DNA from: a virus
Taxonomy: Duplodnaviria > Caudoviricetes
IMG/VR virus record: IMGVR_UViG_3300034061_004620
Strand: one strand, 5' to 3'
DNA: 64,000 nt
A program made the translations under genes and the position numbers. The notes under the pieces are model-generated. The model saw nothing but the letters and a program-made list of their open reading frames with translations, ran no database searches and was not told where the DNA came from. This document shows, in pieces, positions 47,838 to 59,418 of this stretch. Position 1 is the stretch's first letter; every line of letters starts with the position of its first letter.

Positions 47838-48626
47838 ATGAAGCTGCTAATTACTACTCAAGTTTACGAAAACTATGGCGCCCACGATTGGGACGGCAAG
47901 GGCGAGTGCCCGCAATACTGGAAAGCCAAGGGTGGCAACGACTATGTGGTCAAGAATTTTAAGGGTAAAGATGTTACCATGGCAGTTATGGCGTTGCGTG
48001 ACAAGATCGAAGAAGACAGCCCGTACTTCCGCGAGCACATCGTTGACTTTAACATTGTAGCCGATGACTACCTCACCGAATTCGAGCGGGATCAGCTGGA
48101 GTTTGATGGCAGCATCACCTACCCTGCTCGTGAACTTGAATTAGCCTAAGGAGACCAGTATGTCCAAGAAACATTTTGAATCGTTGGCCAAATATGTTCG
48201 TGCTATCATGGATCCGCATGCCAGACTGCAGGCTGCTTGTGCAGTGGCATCATCCTGTGCAGAAATGAATCCACGATTTGATACCCAGAAATTTTTTGAA
48301 GCTTGCGGTGTGTAAAATAAATGAATAAACTTGTTCGTGATGATTCGGTAGCAATAATAGTTTCTCCAGGGCACGGAGCCGGTTGGTATTCATGGCACGG
48401 TATTGAAGAATTGCTATTTGATCCCAGTATTGTGGCCTGGATTGAATCCAACGAACGTGATAAGATTGAGCACTATCTCGCACTGAAATATCCTGATGAA
48501 TATTTTGGAGACCTCGAAAAATTATCGATTCGATGGATAACCAAAGGTACAGCGTTTAAAATTGACGAGTACGATGGATCAGAATCCATCGAGTATAGAG
48601 ATAAACAAGAGTGGCTTATAGCATAG
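47838..48626 (+). other. Three early hypothetical ORFs (47838..48149, ~48160, 48321..48626)
   Basis: RBS-preceded; YENYGAHDWDG...WKAKGG and SPGHGAGWYSW...YDGSESI are recurrent phage patterns. Confidence 0.7.
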
Positions 48627-48639
48627 AAAGGAGAGCAAA

Positions 48640-49242
48640 ATGCCAGCAGTATTTTTAGTCAGCGACACTCACTTTGGTCATGCTGGCGTTTGCCGTTTCA
48701 TGCGGAACGACGGGGTGACCAAACTGCGTCCTTGGGATAATCCCGAAGAAATGGACGAGTTCATGATCAAAGCATGGAACGAACGTGTACGTCCAAACGA
48801 CAAAGTGTATCACCTGGGCGATGTTGTTATTAACCGTAGAGCAATGAGTACACTGGCACGTCTTAATGGTGACAAGGTGCTTATACGTGGTAACCACGAT
48901 ATCTTCCGTGATGACGAATATAGACAGTACTTTCGTGAACTACGTGCATACCATGTCATGAACGGAATGATACTGAGTCATATTCCTATTCATGAAGACA
49001 GTCTGGGTAGATTTGGTACCAACATACACGGGCACCTTCATGCTAACCGTGTAATGAAACGTGCCAGCAGTACTGCCGAGTTCATGGAGTGGGGTGTACG
49101 AGAACGTATTGATCCGCGCTATCATTGTGTATGCGTAGAACAAACAGACTTTGCTCCTATACTGTTTGAGGATGCAATCAAACGCATCGTGGAGGAAGGT
49201 GGTACAATAGGCTTTAAGAACGGTAACGGTCCTACAATGTAA
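48640..49242 (+). CDS. Calcineurin-like metallophosphoesterase
   Basis: SDTHFGH, HLGDV, RGNHD, LSHIP, HGHLH. Confidence 0.92.
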   Translation: MPAVFLVSDTHFGHAGVCRFMRNDGVTKLRPWDNPEEMDEFMIKAWNERVRPNDKVYHLGDVVINRRAMSTLARLNGDKVLIRGNHDIFRDDEYRQYFRELRAYHVMNGMILSHIPIHEDSLGRFGTNIHGHLHANRVMKRASSTAEFMEWGVRERIDPRYHCVCVEQTDFAPILFEDAIKRIVEEGGTIGFKNGNGPTM

Positions 49243-49285
49243 TTGTTGACAGGACCGTTACCAACATATATAATAGCAACATAAT

Positions 49286-49373
49286 GGAGAGTTGGCCGAG
49301 TGGTTAAGGCAGCAGTTTGCTAAACTGTCGTTGGGAAACCGACGCATAGGTTCGAATCCTATACTCTCCGCCA
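49286..49373 (+). tRNA. tRNA-Ser(GCU)
   Basis: Loop TTGCTAA, long variable arm, CCA end. Confidence 0.95.
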
Positions 49374-49379
49374 AGTTAG

Positions 49380-49453
49380 GCCCTTTTAGTATAATGGTAA
49401 TACAGTGGATTTGTAATCCTCTGATGGCAGTTCGATTCTGTCAAGGGGCACCA
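49380..49453 (+). tRNA. tRNA-Thr(UGU)
   Basis: Loop TTTGTAA, CCA end. Confidence 0.93.
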
Positions 49454-49700
49454 AAAGGATAATATATGGCACGATTTAGTGATGAAACGCAACAAGTGAT
49501 TGATAGGTTAATGAATTTGCAAGAATTTACTGTAAGTATACCTGTCGAAGAAAATTGGATGCCTAATGGTGTTGTGCCATTTGATATACGAATAAAAAAC
49601 GGATTAGCAACCGTAAGTGTGCCGGCCTTGACAGAAGATGAGGCTCGTAGTAAAATAATAGCATATTTTAACGGTAGTGATCAAGAGGATTAAAAATTAT

Positions 49701-49779
49701 CCGGGTGTAGCTTAGTCTGGCTTAAAGCGCCTGCTTTGGGAGCAGGAGATCGTGAGTTCGAATCCCACTTCCCGGACCA
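49701..49779 (+). tRNA. tRNA-Pro(UGG)
   Basis: Loop TTTGGGA, CCA end. Confidence 0.93.
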
Positions 49780-49788
49780 AGAGATATT

Positions 49789-49873
49789 GCGACTGTGGTG
49801 AAACAGGTATACACAGCAGACTTAAAATCTGCCGCTGCAAGGCGTGCCGGTTCGATTCCGGCCAGTCGCACCA
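49789..49873 (+). tRNA. tRNA-Leu(UAA)
   Basis: Loop CTTAAAA, variable arm, CCA end. Confidence 0.95.
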
Positions 49874-49880
49874 AGTTTCT

Positions 49881-49958
49881 GGGCCTTTAGCTCATGGTGG
49901 TTAGAGCATCCGACTCATAATCGGGTGGCGGTTGGTTCGACTCCAACAAGGCCCACCA
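49881..49958 (+). tRNA. tRNA(CAU), probably Ile2 (lysidine-modified)
   Basis: Loop CTCATAA; the body resembles bacterial tRNA-Ile2 (GGGCC..TAGCTCA..GGTTAGAGCA..CGACTCATAATCG). Confidence 0.8.
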
Positions 49959-49966
49959 AGTTGTAT

Positions 49967-50041
49967 CTGGCGTTAGTATAATGGATAATACAGGGGATTT
50001 CTACTCCCTTAATGTGGGTTCGATCCCTGCACGCCGGACCA
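49967..50041 (+). tRNA. tRNA-Arg(UCU)
   Basis: Stem GGGGA/TCCCT, loop TTTCTAC, CCA end. Confidence 0.9.
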
Positions 50042-50400
50042 GATTGACTAAAATTCAACTGTTGTGTTATAATGTTGTATTATTTAGGGAGACAACTGTG
50101 AATTTAAATGACATATTGGGTACGCCAATTGAAGTAGGTTCAACAGTGATTACTTGTCATAACAATAGAATAATTTTAGGGCGAATTATTGAGGTGTTTG
50201 AAAATTCGTATAGCGTCAAAGTAGAACCTATACAGTCCGACACAGCCGGGCGGCGACCGGTACCCAAAATGAAGCCGTTTCGTCGTGGTGAATATAATGT
50301 TTTTGTGGTAAATGACCAAGAATTATTTATAAGCACCCTCAAAGGTTATGCTCATAACACTGGCGAGTTTGATGATGAGGAAGAATTAGAAGATTAATAT

Positions 50401-50478
50401 GCACTGGTACCAGAGTGGCCTAATGGCGGGGTCTGCAAAACCTTCGATTCGCTGGTTCAAATCCAGCCCAGTGCTCCA
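50401..50478 (+). tRNA. tRNA-Cys(GCA)
   Basis: Loop CTGCAAA, U73, CCA end. Confidence 0.92.
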
Positions 50479-50725
50479 TAAATATTTGCATGTTAGTGGA
50501 TTGGCACCGATTCCCTTATCATGCAATCATTCCTTGGCCCAATCATGAATATCAACAAGATTGGGTCAACAGTCTACTTGTAGTAGAGGATTGGTTGAAA
50601 CAATGTGTTGGCGCAAGATATACAACTTGGGCCTATGCGGATTGTGCTGTTCTTTACAATATAGGTGTAGCATTTAAATGGGATCAAGATCGAACATTGT
50701 TTGTTATGACTTGGTCCAAATGATT

Positions 50726-50815
50726 GGAAGTGTGGCAGAGTCCGGTTTATTGCACCTGTCTTGAAAACAGACGAACCAAAAGGTTCCGTGAGTTCGAATC
50801 TCACCGCTTCCGCCA
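50726..50815 (+). tRNA. tRNA-Ser(UGA)
   Basis: Loop CTTGAAA, long variable arm, CCA end. Confidence 0.95.
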
Positions 50816-51149
50816 AAATAGTAGTTGACACAAATACAAACCTCATGTAAAATATGAAGTACATTAACTAATTAGGAGTTGTAATGAGTATTCAAACAAG
50901 AGCAATTCTTCGTACATTGGGAATGATCGCTATTGCAGCATTAGGTCCTATTGCAGTAGTGGCACTGTTTCAGCTTGATGGAGAAACTCTTTTTAATTTA
51001 TTCATACTTACAATCTTTGCTTGGATGATCTGGGTTATATATTCTATCAACCTCAGTCAGCTGGAAACTGAAGAAAAAGTTCGTGAGATGCAAGAACGTA
51101 GAGAATTGATGATTTCTAATGTAGTTAAAGATCCAGAGTAAAGGTATAC

Positions 51150-51223
51150 CCGGGAGTAGTATAGTGGTAGTACAGCAGCCTCCAAATCTGCCTGTGGGAG
51201 TTCGATTCTCTCCTCCCGGGCCA
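51150..51223 (+). tRNA. tRNA-Trp(CCA)
   Basis: Loop CTCCAAA, CCA end. Confidence 0.92.
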
Positions 51224-51721
51224 CTATAAAATTTTATTTGATTTGCGTCTGTTTTCACTGATAGTAAGGTATTGCAAATTAGATAAACAATGCAGTCCGC
51301 CCTTACTTATCGGAATAATATGATCTACTTCGTATCCAACAGCACAATTTAAATAAAAATCTTGTAATGCTTTAATATCAACATCGTTAGGAGTTTGATT
51401 TTTGCGTTTAGCCATGTAACGGTGCCAAGCCTCGTTATGTACTGATAAGCTTCGGATATATTTTTCTTCTTCTGTAAGTTTTAGGCGACGGGGATTACAT
51501 GCATCGGAACAATAGACTGGACGGGCTGTTTCGATACCGCATGTTTTACAAGGTTTAACAGTGCTATATCTTGATTCAGGTTTAGAATGTCGTCTAAGAC
51601 CTGTATTGTTAAAAGTAGCAGAACAAGATCGAGAACAAAATTTCTTTTGATCTTTACGAGTAAGTTCGGCTTGACAATTTAGGCATTTCATAGTATTATT
51701 TATGAATGGTTGTGGTTCCAA
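51224..51721 (-). mobile_element. HNH homing endonuclease inserted antisense in the tRNA array
   Basis: CxxC zinc modules (CLNC, FCSRSC, YCSDAC); YEVDHIIPISKGGLHCLSNLQYLTISENRRKSN. Stop codon abuts the tRNA-Trp CCA. Confidence 0.88.
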
Positions 51722-52013
51722 TTCACTTTTATTTTACAGGAGCGTAGTATGATCAAGTATTTTCGAGTAAGTATTCCTTTTTTGGTAGTTGTGTTGGCGA
51801 TCATAAACGGATTGACAGCACTTGGTTCTGATAACATGCCAGCATTTTATGCCAATATTACAGCACTATGTGGTTGGCTTGCTATTTCTTATGACGAATA
51901 CGTGACTTTTCGTTTGAACAGGAGTCGTGATGTTTCCAATACCCCTGCGTGAAATACCTTATTATATCAAATGGCGTTTTAAACAACTGTTAAAACGATT
52001 TAAATAAATCAAT

Positions 52014-52090
52014 GGCGGAGGGGAGAAACGGTTTACTCGTCAGTCTCATAAGCTGAAGACATCAGGTTCGATTCCTGTTCTCCGCAACCA
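52014..52090 (+). tRNA. tRNA-fMet-like (CAU)
   Basis: Loop CTCATAA; unpaired 1:72 (G:A); CCA end. Lacks the three G-C anticodon-stem pairs. Confidence 0.8.
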
Positions 52091-52290
52091 AATCCCGCAG
52101 TCCCTTCTGCGTTATTAAAGGGGGTGGTTGGTGTCACCAAAATGCCAGGGCTCATACGATGACAGCCTCAGAACCCGCTAAATGGGTGCAAGAAAAATCG
52201 TAGGTTTAGCTGGCACAAGCCACAAGGATCGTCAGCGGACAGGGCAACAACTCAGTTCAGGGCCGGAGGGATCCGGTAGCTGAACACCAA
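52091..52290 (+). ncRNA. Unknown structured ncRNA, copy B, ending in ACCA
   Basis: GGTGCAAGAAAAATCGTAGGT and CGGACAGGGCAACAACTCAG, then stem GTTCAG/CTGAAC followed by ACCA. Confidence 0.65.
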
Positions 52291-52692
52291 TTACAGGAGC
52301 CAGATATGAATCGTAATAGTCAATTTAGAAATTGGTTGAGAATTATCTGGTTAGACAATTGTCGTGAGCACGAAGACCACAACGAATTGCCTTATACCTT
52401 ATCGGAATACTGGGCAAGATATAAGTGGTGGCTGCGACGAGAATATCGGTTTCAGAACAAAAAATAAACGAGCTCGGGCTCGTTTTTTATTGACTTAGTT
52501 TGTTAGTTTTATTATACTTTATTGTGAGGTGAATCATGCGTAAACTTGAAAAAATCTACAAGGTTAAGAATCTTAGAACAAGTGAAATATTCACTACCAG
52601 TACTGTGTATGAAAAAGCGATCGACGGTGAACTGTTTATTGGAGTATGGCGGGAGTCAGATCCGCATCGCAGAATAAACTGGATAAGAAAAG

Positions 52693-53677
52693 ATTCCACG
52701 GTAAAAGTCAAATGAGTGTAGCTAACGTAGCCCCGGGTTCAGCAAGTACACTGTCGGTGTTTAGTGTTGGAAGCGGAGGTAGCGGCGGCAATTATACTTG
52801 GGATAACAAAAGCTTGACCGCAGGTACGACCCAGATACAAAGCACACTTCGAGTAGACGGCGATGCTGATTTCAACGGCGACATCCGTGTTCAGGGTCAA
52901 AGTATCACAGAAGCCATTACTAAAATCAACGAACGTCTCAATATCTTGGTACCAAACGAAAAATTAGAAGCGGATTGGTCGGAATTGGCCGAACTGAGAA
53001 TACAGTACGTAGAGCTGGAACAACGGTTGTTGGAAAAGCAAAAAGTATTTGATATACTCAAAAAGTCCGATTAGGTGTAAGATAATCTCTAAATGTACAA
53101 GTGCCTGATACTTGACTGTTTTTGAGCTGTAGGGCCTTTAGTGCAACATCCAACTCGGACCTACATTCTGATTCGGATGTGTAGAAATTTTGAATAGACC
53201 CCTTATGCTTTTGGGGAGTCTCTGTGCTCAAAACAACGATCAATAGCAGCCACATACCGGTCCTTTTTGAATATTTATAGACAACAATGCTTTTTTCTGC
53301 TACAATATATACATGAACACAATCCTTGTACACACTTCTCGAGCATACGAAGCTATCTTATGGGCCAGTAATCAATTTGGTACAGGCGGCTATACGTTGC
53401 AACACACATTTCCAGCTGATATGTATGAATTCAAATTTGAAAGGCCCGAGCAGGCAAGTTTGTTTGCACTGAGGTGGATGTGATTAAGGTTAGAAAAAAT
53501 TGGGACTCTGAGCTGGAGGACAACGAAAAATGGTATCGGCTTACCCAATGGTGTGTTTTAGAATTAGGTATCCCGGGTGAGTCAAGAAATTGGTATTACA
53601 ATACTGATTCTGATTGGATGGATTTCTTTTTCCGTGATCCAAGAGATGCAGAACTTTTTATATTGAAATGGATGTAA
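52693..53677. other. Small hypothetical ORFs (52693..53074 +, 53058..53333 -, 53313..53483 +, 53474..53677 +)
   Basis: The last two belong to the FxL(K/R)W paralog family. Confidence 0.6.
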
Positions 53678-53679
53678 TT

Positions 53680-54564
53680 ATGAAAATTGCAGTATGCAGT
53701 GATCTCCATCTTGAGTTTGGAGATCTTGATTTAACAAATGATCAAGACGCCGATGTGTTGATTCTTGGCGGAGATATCTTTGTAGCCGATGACTTGACAG
53801 CGAGCGGAACAGTTGTACCAGTAACTGCCAGTGTCCAAGCTCGTGCTGAGCGATACAATAACTTTGTGGTACGTTGCAGTGAACGCTTCAAACATGTGAT
53901 TCTCATTATGGGCAATCACGAACACTATCACGGTGACTATGCCAAAACCGCAAACATCATTCGAGGTACCTTCGGCGATTTGCACAATGTACATTTTTTA
54001 GACAAAGAGTGGCGTATCATTAACGGTGTGCTGTTCTACGGTGGTACACTATGGACGGATATGAATGGCGAAGATCCTGCTACCCTACGTCAGATTGCAT
54101 ACATGATGAACGACTACAGAGGTGTCAAAAACAGTGCAAAAACTGTTCAGCATCGTGTGCCCACATATGATGAAAACAATCAGGAAGGTTGGACTTTTAA
54201 GGAAAGACCTGCTAACTTCGCACCCGAAGATAGTGTAGAGGATCATCGAGCTTTTCTTAAAGGATTGGATGAGGTATTGGCTCTGCACCCAGACCTGCCT
54301 ACAGTGGTAGTCGGACATCATGCTCCAAGTAAAGCAAGTACACATCCAAGATACAAAAGCGAATTTGTTACAAACGGTGCCTACAGTACTAACTTGGACA
54401 ACTACATTTTGGATCGTAGACAGATTAAACTTTGGACACACGGGCATACCCATGAGGACTTTGACTACATGATCGGAACTACTCGTATTGTTTGTAATCC
54501 AAGAGGATATGATGGCTACGAAGAGCGAGCTGACCGGTTTGAACTCAAGTATGTGGAGGTTTAA
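53680..54564 (+). CDS. Calcineurin-like metallophosphoesterase
   Basis: SDLHLEF, LGGDI, MGNHEHY, VGHHAP, WTHGHTH, CNPRGY. Confidence 0.92.
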   Translation: MKIAVCSDLHLEFGDLDLTNDQDADVLILGGDIFVADDLTASGTVVPVTASVQARAERYNNFVVRCSERFKHVILIMGNHEHYHGDYAKTANIIRGTFGDLHNVHFLDKEWRIINGVLFYGGTLWTDMNGEDPATLRQIAYMMNDYRGVKNSAKTVQHRVPTYDENNQEGWTFKERPANFAPEDSVEDHRAFLKGLDEVLALHPDLPTVVVGHHAPSKASTHPRYKSEFVTNGAYSTNLDNYILDRRQIKLWTHGHTHEDFDYMIGTTRIVCNPRGYDGYEERADRFELKYVEV

Positions 54565-57500
54565 ATGAAACCAGAATTGGACACATTATTGTGTGAAAAA
54601 TACCCCAAGATTTTTGTTAATCGCCACGGAGACCCAAAAGAAACATTGATGTGTTGGGGCTTCGAGTGCGGAGATGGTTGGTACAATATTATCAACCAAC
54701 TGTGTGCCAACATACAACATCATGTTGATTGGGCACAGGAACAGAAAGAAAAGTATGGGCGCGGCGAAGGTTGCTCACAGGTTGTGGCTGTACAGATCAA
54801 AGAAAAGTTTGGCACATTGAGATTTTACACCAACGGTGGCAATGATCAGACATATGGCATGATCCGCATGGCTGAATCTATGTCAGCGGTAACCTGCGAA
54901 GAATGCGGTGCTCCTGGCAAAATAAGAGGTCGCAACTGGATCTACACCGCCTGTGATGCTCACGCCCGAGAAGAACTTACAGCAGAAGATCAAGAATAAT
55001 GGAAACTGCAATTCTTTTTGTAATGCAGTTTTACCAAGTGTCACGAGAAGATGTTGTTAAATATTATTGGGACGAAGTTGAATCGTACTTAAGATTGCAA
55101 GAACATTTTGGAGTTGAAGAATCCCGACGAGAAAAGTTCAGAAAGTCCTTTGAAGAAGCATTCAAAGGCGGTGTAGATTTATCCGGACGAGAAACACCTT
55201 AACCAATGGAGAACACAATGAGAAAACAATTACTTAAAGCAGCACGAGCACATTTTGAAAGCCATGTTGAAAAGCATCGCATGAATGTGGAAATTATGTT
55301 GACCAACCCAATGGCTATTCACGATCATACAGATTGGATGTCAGCAATGGAAAACGAAATTGCACACATTGCCGAATACGAAGATAAACTTGAAGTTCTT
55401 GCTAAACATTTCGAAAAATGACACCCGAATTCGTTGAACGTGCTAAACGGGATTATGCAGCAGAAAAGTCTGCTCTTGATTGGGACAGTTATCTGGCAGG
55501 ATATCTTGCTTGTTTGAAAAGATTTGGGAGTCGGTAATGAATCTAAGAAAAGGCAATTTAGAATTTCGAAGAAACAAAGATGGTCGTCCGGCTGAAATCA
55601 TTCGTTGGGCTGAAAATGGTGATGGAACCGAATACTGCTATACACTGCTTTGGTGGCAACGAGACAGTGAGGGTTTCTATGTTGCCTTTGTAGGTCGGCG
55701 TCCGTTTGACGACGATTCTGACAATCTTTGGGAACTTATGAAATACGGACAAGAGGTTCTGGATGCCGAGTCTAAATTGGAAGAAAGACTAAAATGGAAA
55801 TAGAACGGCCAGCCGAAGGTATTTTGAGAACACACGATTTTGGTGACAGCATGTTTTATGTTGTTCCGTGCAGTTGCGGGTGCGGGTCGGATCATGAATT
55901 GAATATCGAAGCTGATGAAACTGGTATTTGGGCACGAATCTATGTCAAAACAAAAACCAATTGGTGGAGCCGAAACCGTTGGCAGAACGTATGGACCTTG
56001 ATTACCCGAGGCTATGTTGAATCGTATAGTGATATTCATATGTCCGAACAACAAGCTTTGAACTATGCAAAAACTCTTGAAAGTGCTATAATTAACGTAG
56101 AAACTTTTAGAAATCAAAGAAAGAGAAAAGATGCGTAATCACTATTGGACGATTGGACCTTTTGCTAATTGGCTTCGAGGCACTCCCAGCCCCGGTGCTC
56201 TTACAAGCAAGGGCTGGCGAGAATGGAATGCCATGGCCAAGGCTGCTCACCCTATTCGCTACTGGCTGGCCGAAGAAGGGCTCGACTATCTACAACGATT
56301 CGTTTACTACATACCGGACAAACTATATGGTCTCAAATATTATATCAACAATCGTTGGGTCACTAAAACCCACGCTCTTACTGCTCACCCAAGCCACATT
56401 CCTCGCGGTGAGTGGCGTGATGTTGGCAGCAGGTTTTTGCCATGTCTTTTTAATGAGCTTGTTGACTTTGTTGAAGTGGAACTTGCTTGGTGGCACATAG
56501 CTTGGAGTGATCGAGAAGAACGAGCCAAGTACAATGCACCTTTTTGGGCCACTGGTTGGTTTCGCTGGCGTACTTGGCGTTCGCCGCAAGCCGGACTGGA
56601 CAATCTTGCTTGGCAAATGACTTGCACCAACGAAGATTTTCTCGAAGATGATCAAAAACATTTGGCCGAACCCACTTATCAAGCAATCAACGCAAAAGAA
56701 ATTCTTGAGCTGTATACCTGGTGGAAGGAAGTATATCCAAATCGTCCAGATCCACATGATGCCGGAGGCTGGTCGGACTATTGTGCAAAATTTAGAAACG
56801 AAGGACGAGATTTTTTAGACTTTGAAGATCGCACAGAAGAAGAACGCGAAGCAAGTAGTCAGGCACTGGATGCTACTCAGACTATTGAGGATAAGTATAA
56901 TAAAGAGGACGAAGAAATGATGATTCGTCTGATTCGAATTCGTCAATCACTTTGGACTTAAAATGGATTTAATTGAATTTTTAGGTTGGGTCATTTTCTT
57001 TTATCTGACATGGCAGCTATTGAAATCTTGGCTGTTTGTACAGCAACTTCGTCATAGAATAAGTGATGCTGTTGCCGAAGCAGAATTAGTTGAAGAAATT
57101 GAAAAGCAGGTTATTGCCTTACGGTTTGAACATATTGAAGAAAATGGATACAAGGTTGTATTAGCCTATGGAAAAAACAACAAGTTTTTAGGGCAAGGTT
57201 CGACCGAAGACGAAGCAGCCAAAAATATTCAACTCTATTACCCGCGACACAAAATAGTAATAGTCAACGAAAAAGCAACTATTACCAAAGTTCTTGAACC
57301 AATTGACGCAAAATCCATTTAGTGTTATAATATAATTCTGTCAACTTGCATGGGGTTGTTATGAGTATGCACATGGAAGGTCCCTGGCTTAGCTTAACAG
57401 GCAAGCGAAAGGGCAAGAAAAAGTTTGCGTCGGCCGAACAAAAGCAACAGGCTGAAATTCTTGCACAAGAATGGCAAGCTATTAAGGCTAAGTATGAGCC

Positions 57501-57738
57501 TAAGACAAAGATCAAGCTCGGACGCAGCTCTTACGTTCCTCCTAAATCATTGCGTCGTGATGCCGATCAGCCGCGAGTTCCAAGCTTGGATACTGGTGTC
57601 AAAGGCGCAATAAATGTACGTATGCCACACAAGTATACCGGAGATAAAATTGTTGGCATTGGTACCATGCACAAGAGCAATGCCATACCTATTTTTAGCG
57701 ATCAAGAGGCCAAAGACATTAGTTCCATGCGCCGATAA
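54565..57738 (+). other. Run of hypothetical ORFs (54565, 54999, 55206, 55537, 55794, 56131, 56963, 57361)
   Basis: Tightly packed ORFs; 54565 has QIKEKFGTLRFY and a CxxC; 57361 has GTMHKSNAIPIF. Confidence 0.7.
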
Positions 57739-57762
57739 ATACGTACTTTATAAAGAGGATGT

Positions 57763-57981
57763 GTGAGTAAAGAGGATTTGATAAGGATGACCGGCGTGGT
57801 AGATGAATTACTGCCAAGTGCCATGTTTCGTGTAACACTGGAGAATAATCATCAAATTTTAGCTACCATAGCCGGGAAGCTACGTCAAAATAATATACGC
57901 ATATTAGCAGGTGACTCAGTTGAAATAGAAATGAGTCCATACGATTTACATCGTGGGCGTATAGTATATCGCACTAAATAG
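57763..57981 (+). CDS. infA: Translation initiation factor IF-1
   Basis: [28 protein letters not shown]...[33 protein letters not shown]. Confidence 0.95.
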   Translation: MSKEDLIRMTGVVDELLPSAMFRVTLENNHQILATIAGKLRQNNIRILAGDSVEIEMSPYDLHRGRIVYRTK

Positions 57982-57985
57982 TAGC

Positions 57986-58537
57986 ATGCGCGATATTATT
58001 GAACTATTAGAAGACAAGCAAAAACTTGAATTAAAAAAACTACCTTACAGTTCAAGTGCCCTTTCACCGGTAATGAGTAAAACCACAATTGACAATCATT
58101 ACGGAAAACTGGCACGTGGCTATGTTGATAGATATAACAAAGGTGAAGGAGACGCTTCATTTAACGAAGCAGGAGCATATCTTCATAACATTTTCTTTCC
58201 TCAACTGCGGGCACCGCGAAATGGTAACAGTCCAACCGGTGCAAGTCTTTCATTGATAAACAGGCACTTTGGTAACTTTGTAGATTTTAAAAAAGAATTT
58301 GAAGACGAAGCAATGAAGCTGCAAGGATCAAATTGGATTTATCTTAGCAGACAAGGGCAGATCAAAACAATTAAAAATCATGCCAAGCGCACCGATATTG
58401 CCTTACTAATTGATTGGTGGGAGCATTCATACATACAAGACTACGGCGCAGATAAGAAAAAATATTTAAAAAATATATGGCGTATCATTAACTGGGAGTA
58501 TGTTAATAGGCGGATATATGCAGGAGATCGGGCTTAA
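57986..58537 (+). CDS. Fe/Mn superoxide dismutase
   Basis: LKKLPYSSSALSPVMS, NHYGK, AYLHNIFF, GSNW, LIDWWEHSY. N-terminal MRDIIELLE. Confidence 0.9.
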   Translation: MRDIIELLEDKQKLELKKLPYSSSALSPVMSKTTIDNHYGKLARGYVDRYNKGEGDASFNEAGAYLHNIFFPQLRAPRNGNSPTGASLSLINRHFGNFVDFKKEFEDEAMKLQGSNWIYLSRQGQIKTIKNHAKRTDIALLIDWWEHSYIQDYGADKKKYLKNIWRIINWEYVNRRIYAGDRA

Positions 58538-58564
58538 AAGATAAATACTCGTGGGAACACGAAA

Positions 58565-59038
58565 ATGAAAAGCCGCGAATCAAAACCACATAGAAAAATT
58601 TACGAAGAGCATTATGGTATAAAGATTCCAAAATTAATGGAAATTCATCACATTGATGGCAATCACTACAATAATGAAATCAATAATCTAAAACTTGTAA
58701 CTTGGCAAGAACATTATGACATTCATTATTCACAAGGCGACTGGGCTGCATGTTTATTAATTTCTGGCAGATATTCGATACCTCCCGAAGAGCGTAGTAG
58801 ATTAGCATCGTTGGCAGCAACTAAAGCAAACAACGAAGGCAAATGTGGTTTCAAACTTGGTCACGCATCTTCGGCAGGTAAGAAAGGTGGCAAAATTGGC
58901 GGGCAGTATGCTAAAGAAAATCGTACAGGAATTTTTGCTCTGTCACCAGAAAAAAATAAACAAAGACATTTTAATTCAGTAGTAACCAAACTTATCAACA
59001 ATGGTAAGGCCTGTAAATGGCCAAGAGAGAATATATGA
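58565..59038 (+). mobile_element. HNH homing endonuclease between sod and erpA
   Basis: HRKIYEEHYG..EIHHIDGNHYNNEINNLKLVTWQEHYDIH; basic GKKGGKIGG repeats. Confidence 0.88.
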
Positions 59039-59361
59039 TTGATTTACAAGAAAGTGCAGTAACCAAGCTCAAAGAACTTATTGCGGAAGAAGGCAATCCA
59101 AATCTTAAACTACGCATATTTGTACAAGGTGGCGGGTGTAGCGGCTTCCAATATGGTTTCACATTTGATGAAGATCAAAAAGAAGATGATTTTGATCTTG
59201 AGTTTGGCGGTGTAGGACTGCTTGTTGATTCAATGAGCGCACAGTACCTACAAGGTGCAAAAATCAAGTACACCGAGGATGCTATGGGTGCAAGTTTTGC
59301 CATAGAAAATCCACAAGCGCAAACCACATGTGGTTGCGGCAGCAGTTTTAGCCCTTATTAA
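59035..59361 (+). CDS. erpA: Fe-S cluster insertion protein ErpA/IscA (HesB family)
   Basis: [43 protein letters not shown]. Confidence 0.93.
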   Translation: MIDLQESAVTKLKELIAEEGNPNLKLRIFVQGGGCSGFQYGFTFDEDQKEDDFDLEFGGVGLLVDSMSAQYLQGAKIKYTEDAMGASFAIENPQAQTTCGCGSSFSPY

Positions 59362-59418
59362 AATACCAAAACCTTAATCCCTCCAAACGCCATAAATACC
59401 TTGTATATAGGATGATTT

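Noticed and set aside
49967-50041. Possible amber-suppressor tRNA (loop contains CTA) and stop-codon recoding
   Set aside because: The stem register puts TCT at positions 34-36, giving Arg. tRNA 45667 reads UAG as an anticodon (Leu). Long genes are intact in the standard code, and TAG ends ORFs at 7940, 48626 and the 51224 HNH.
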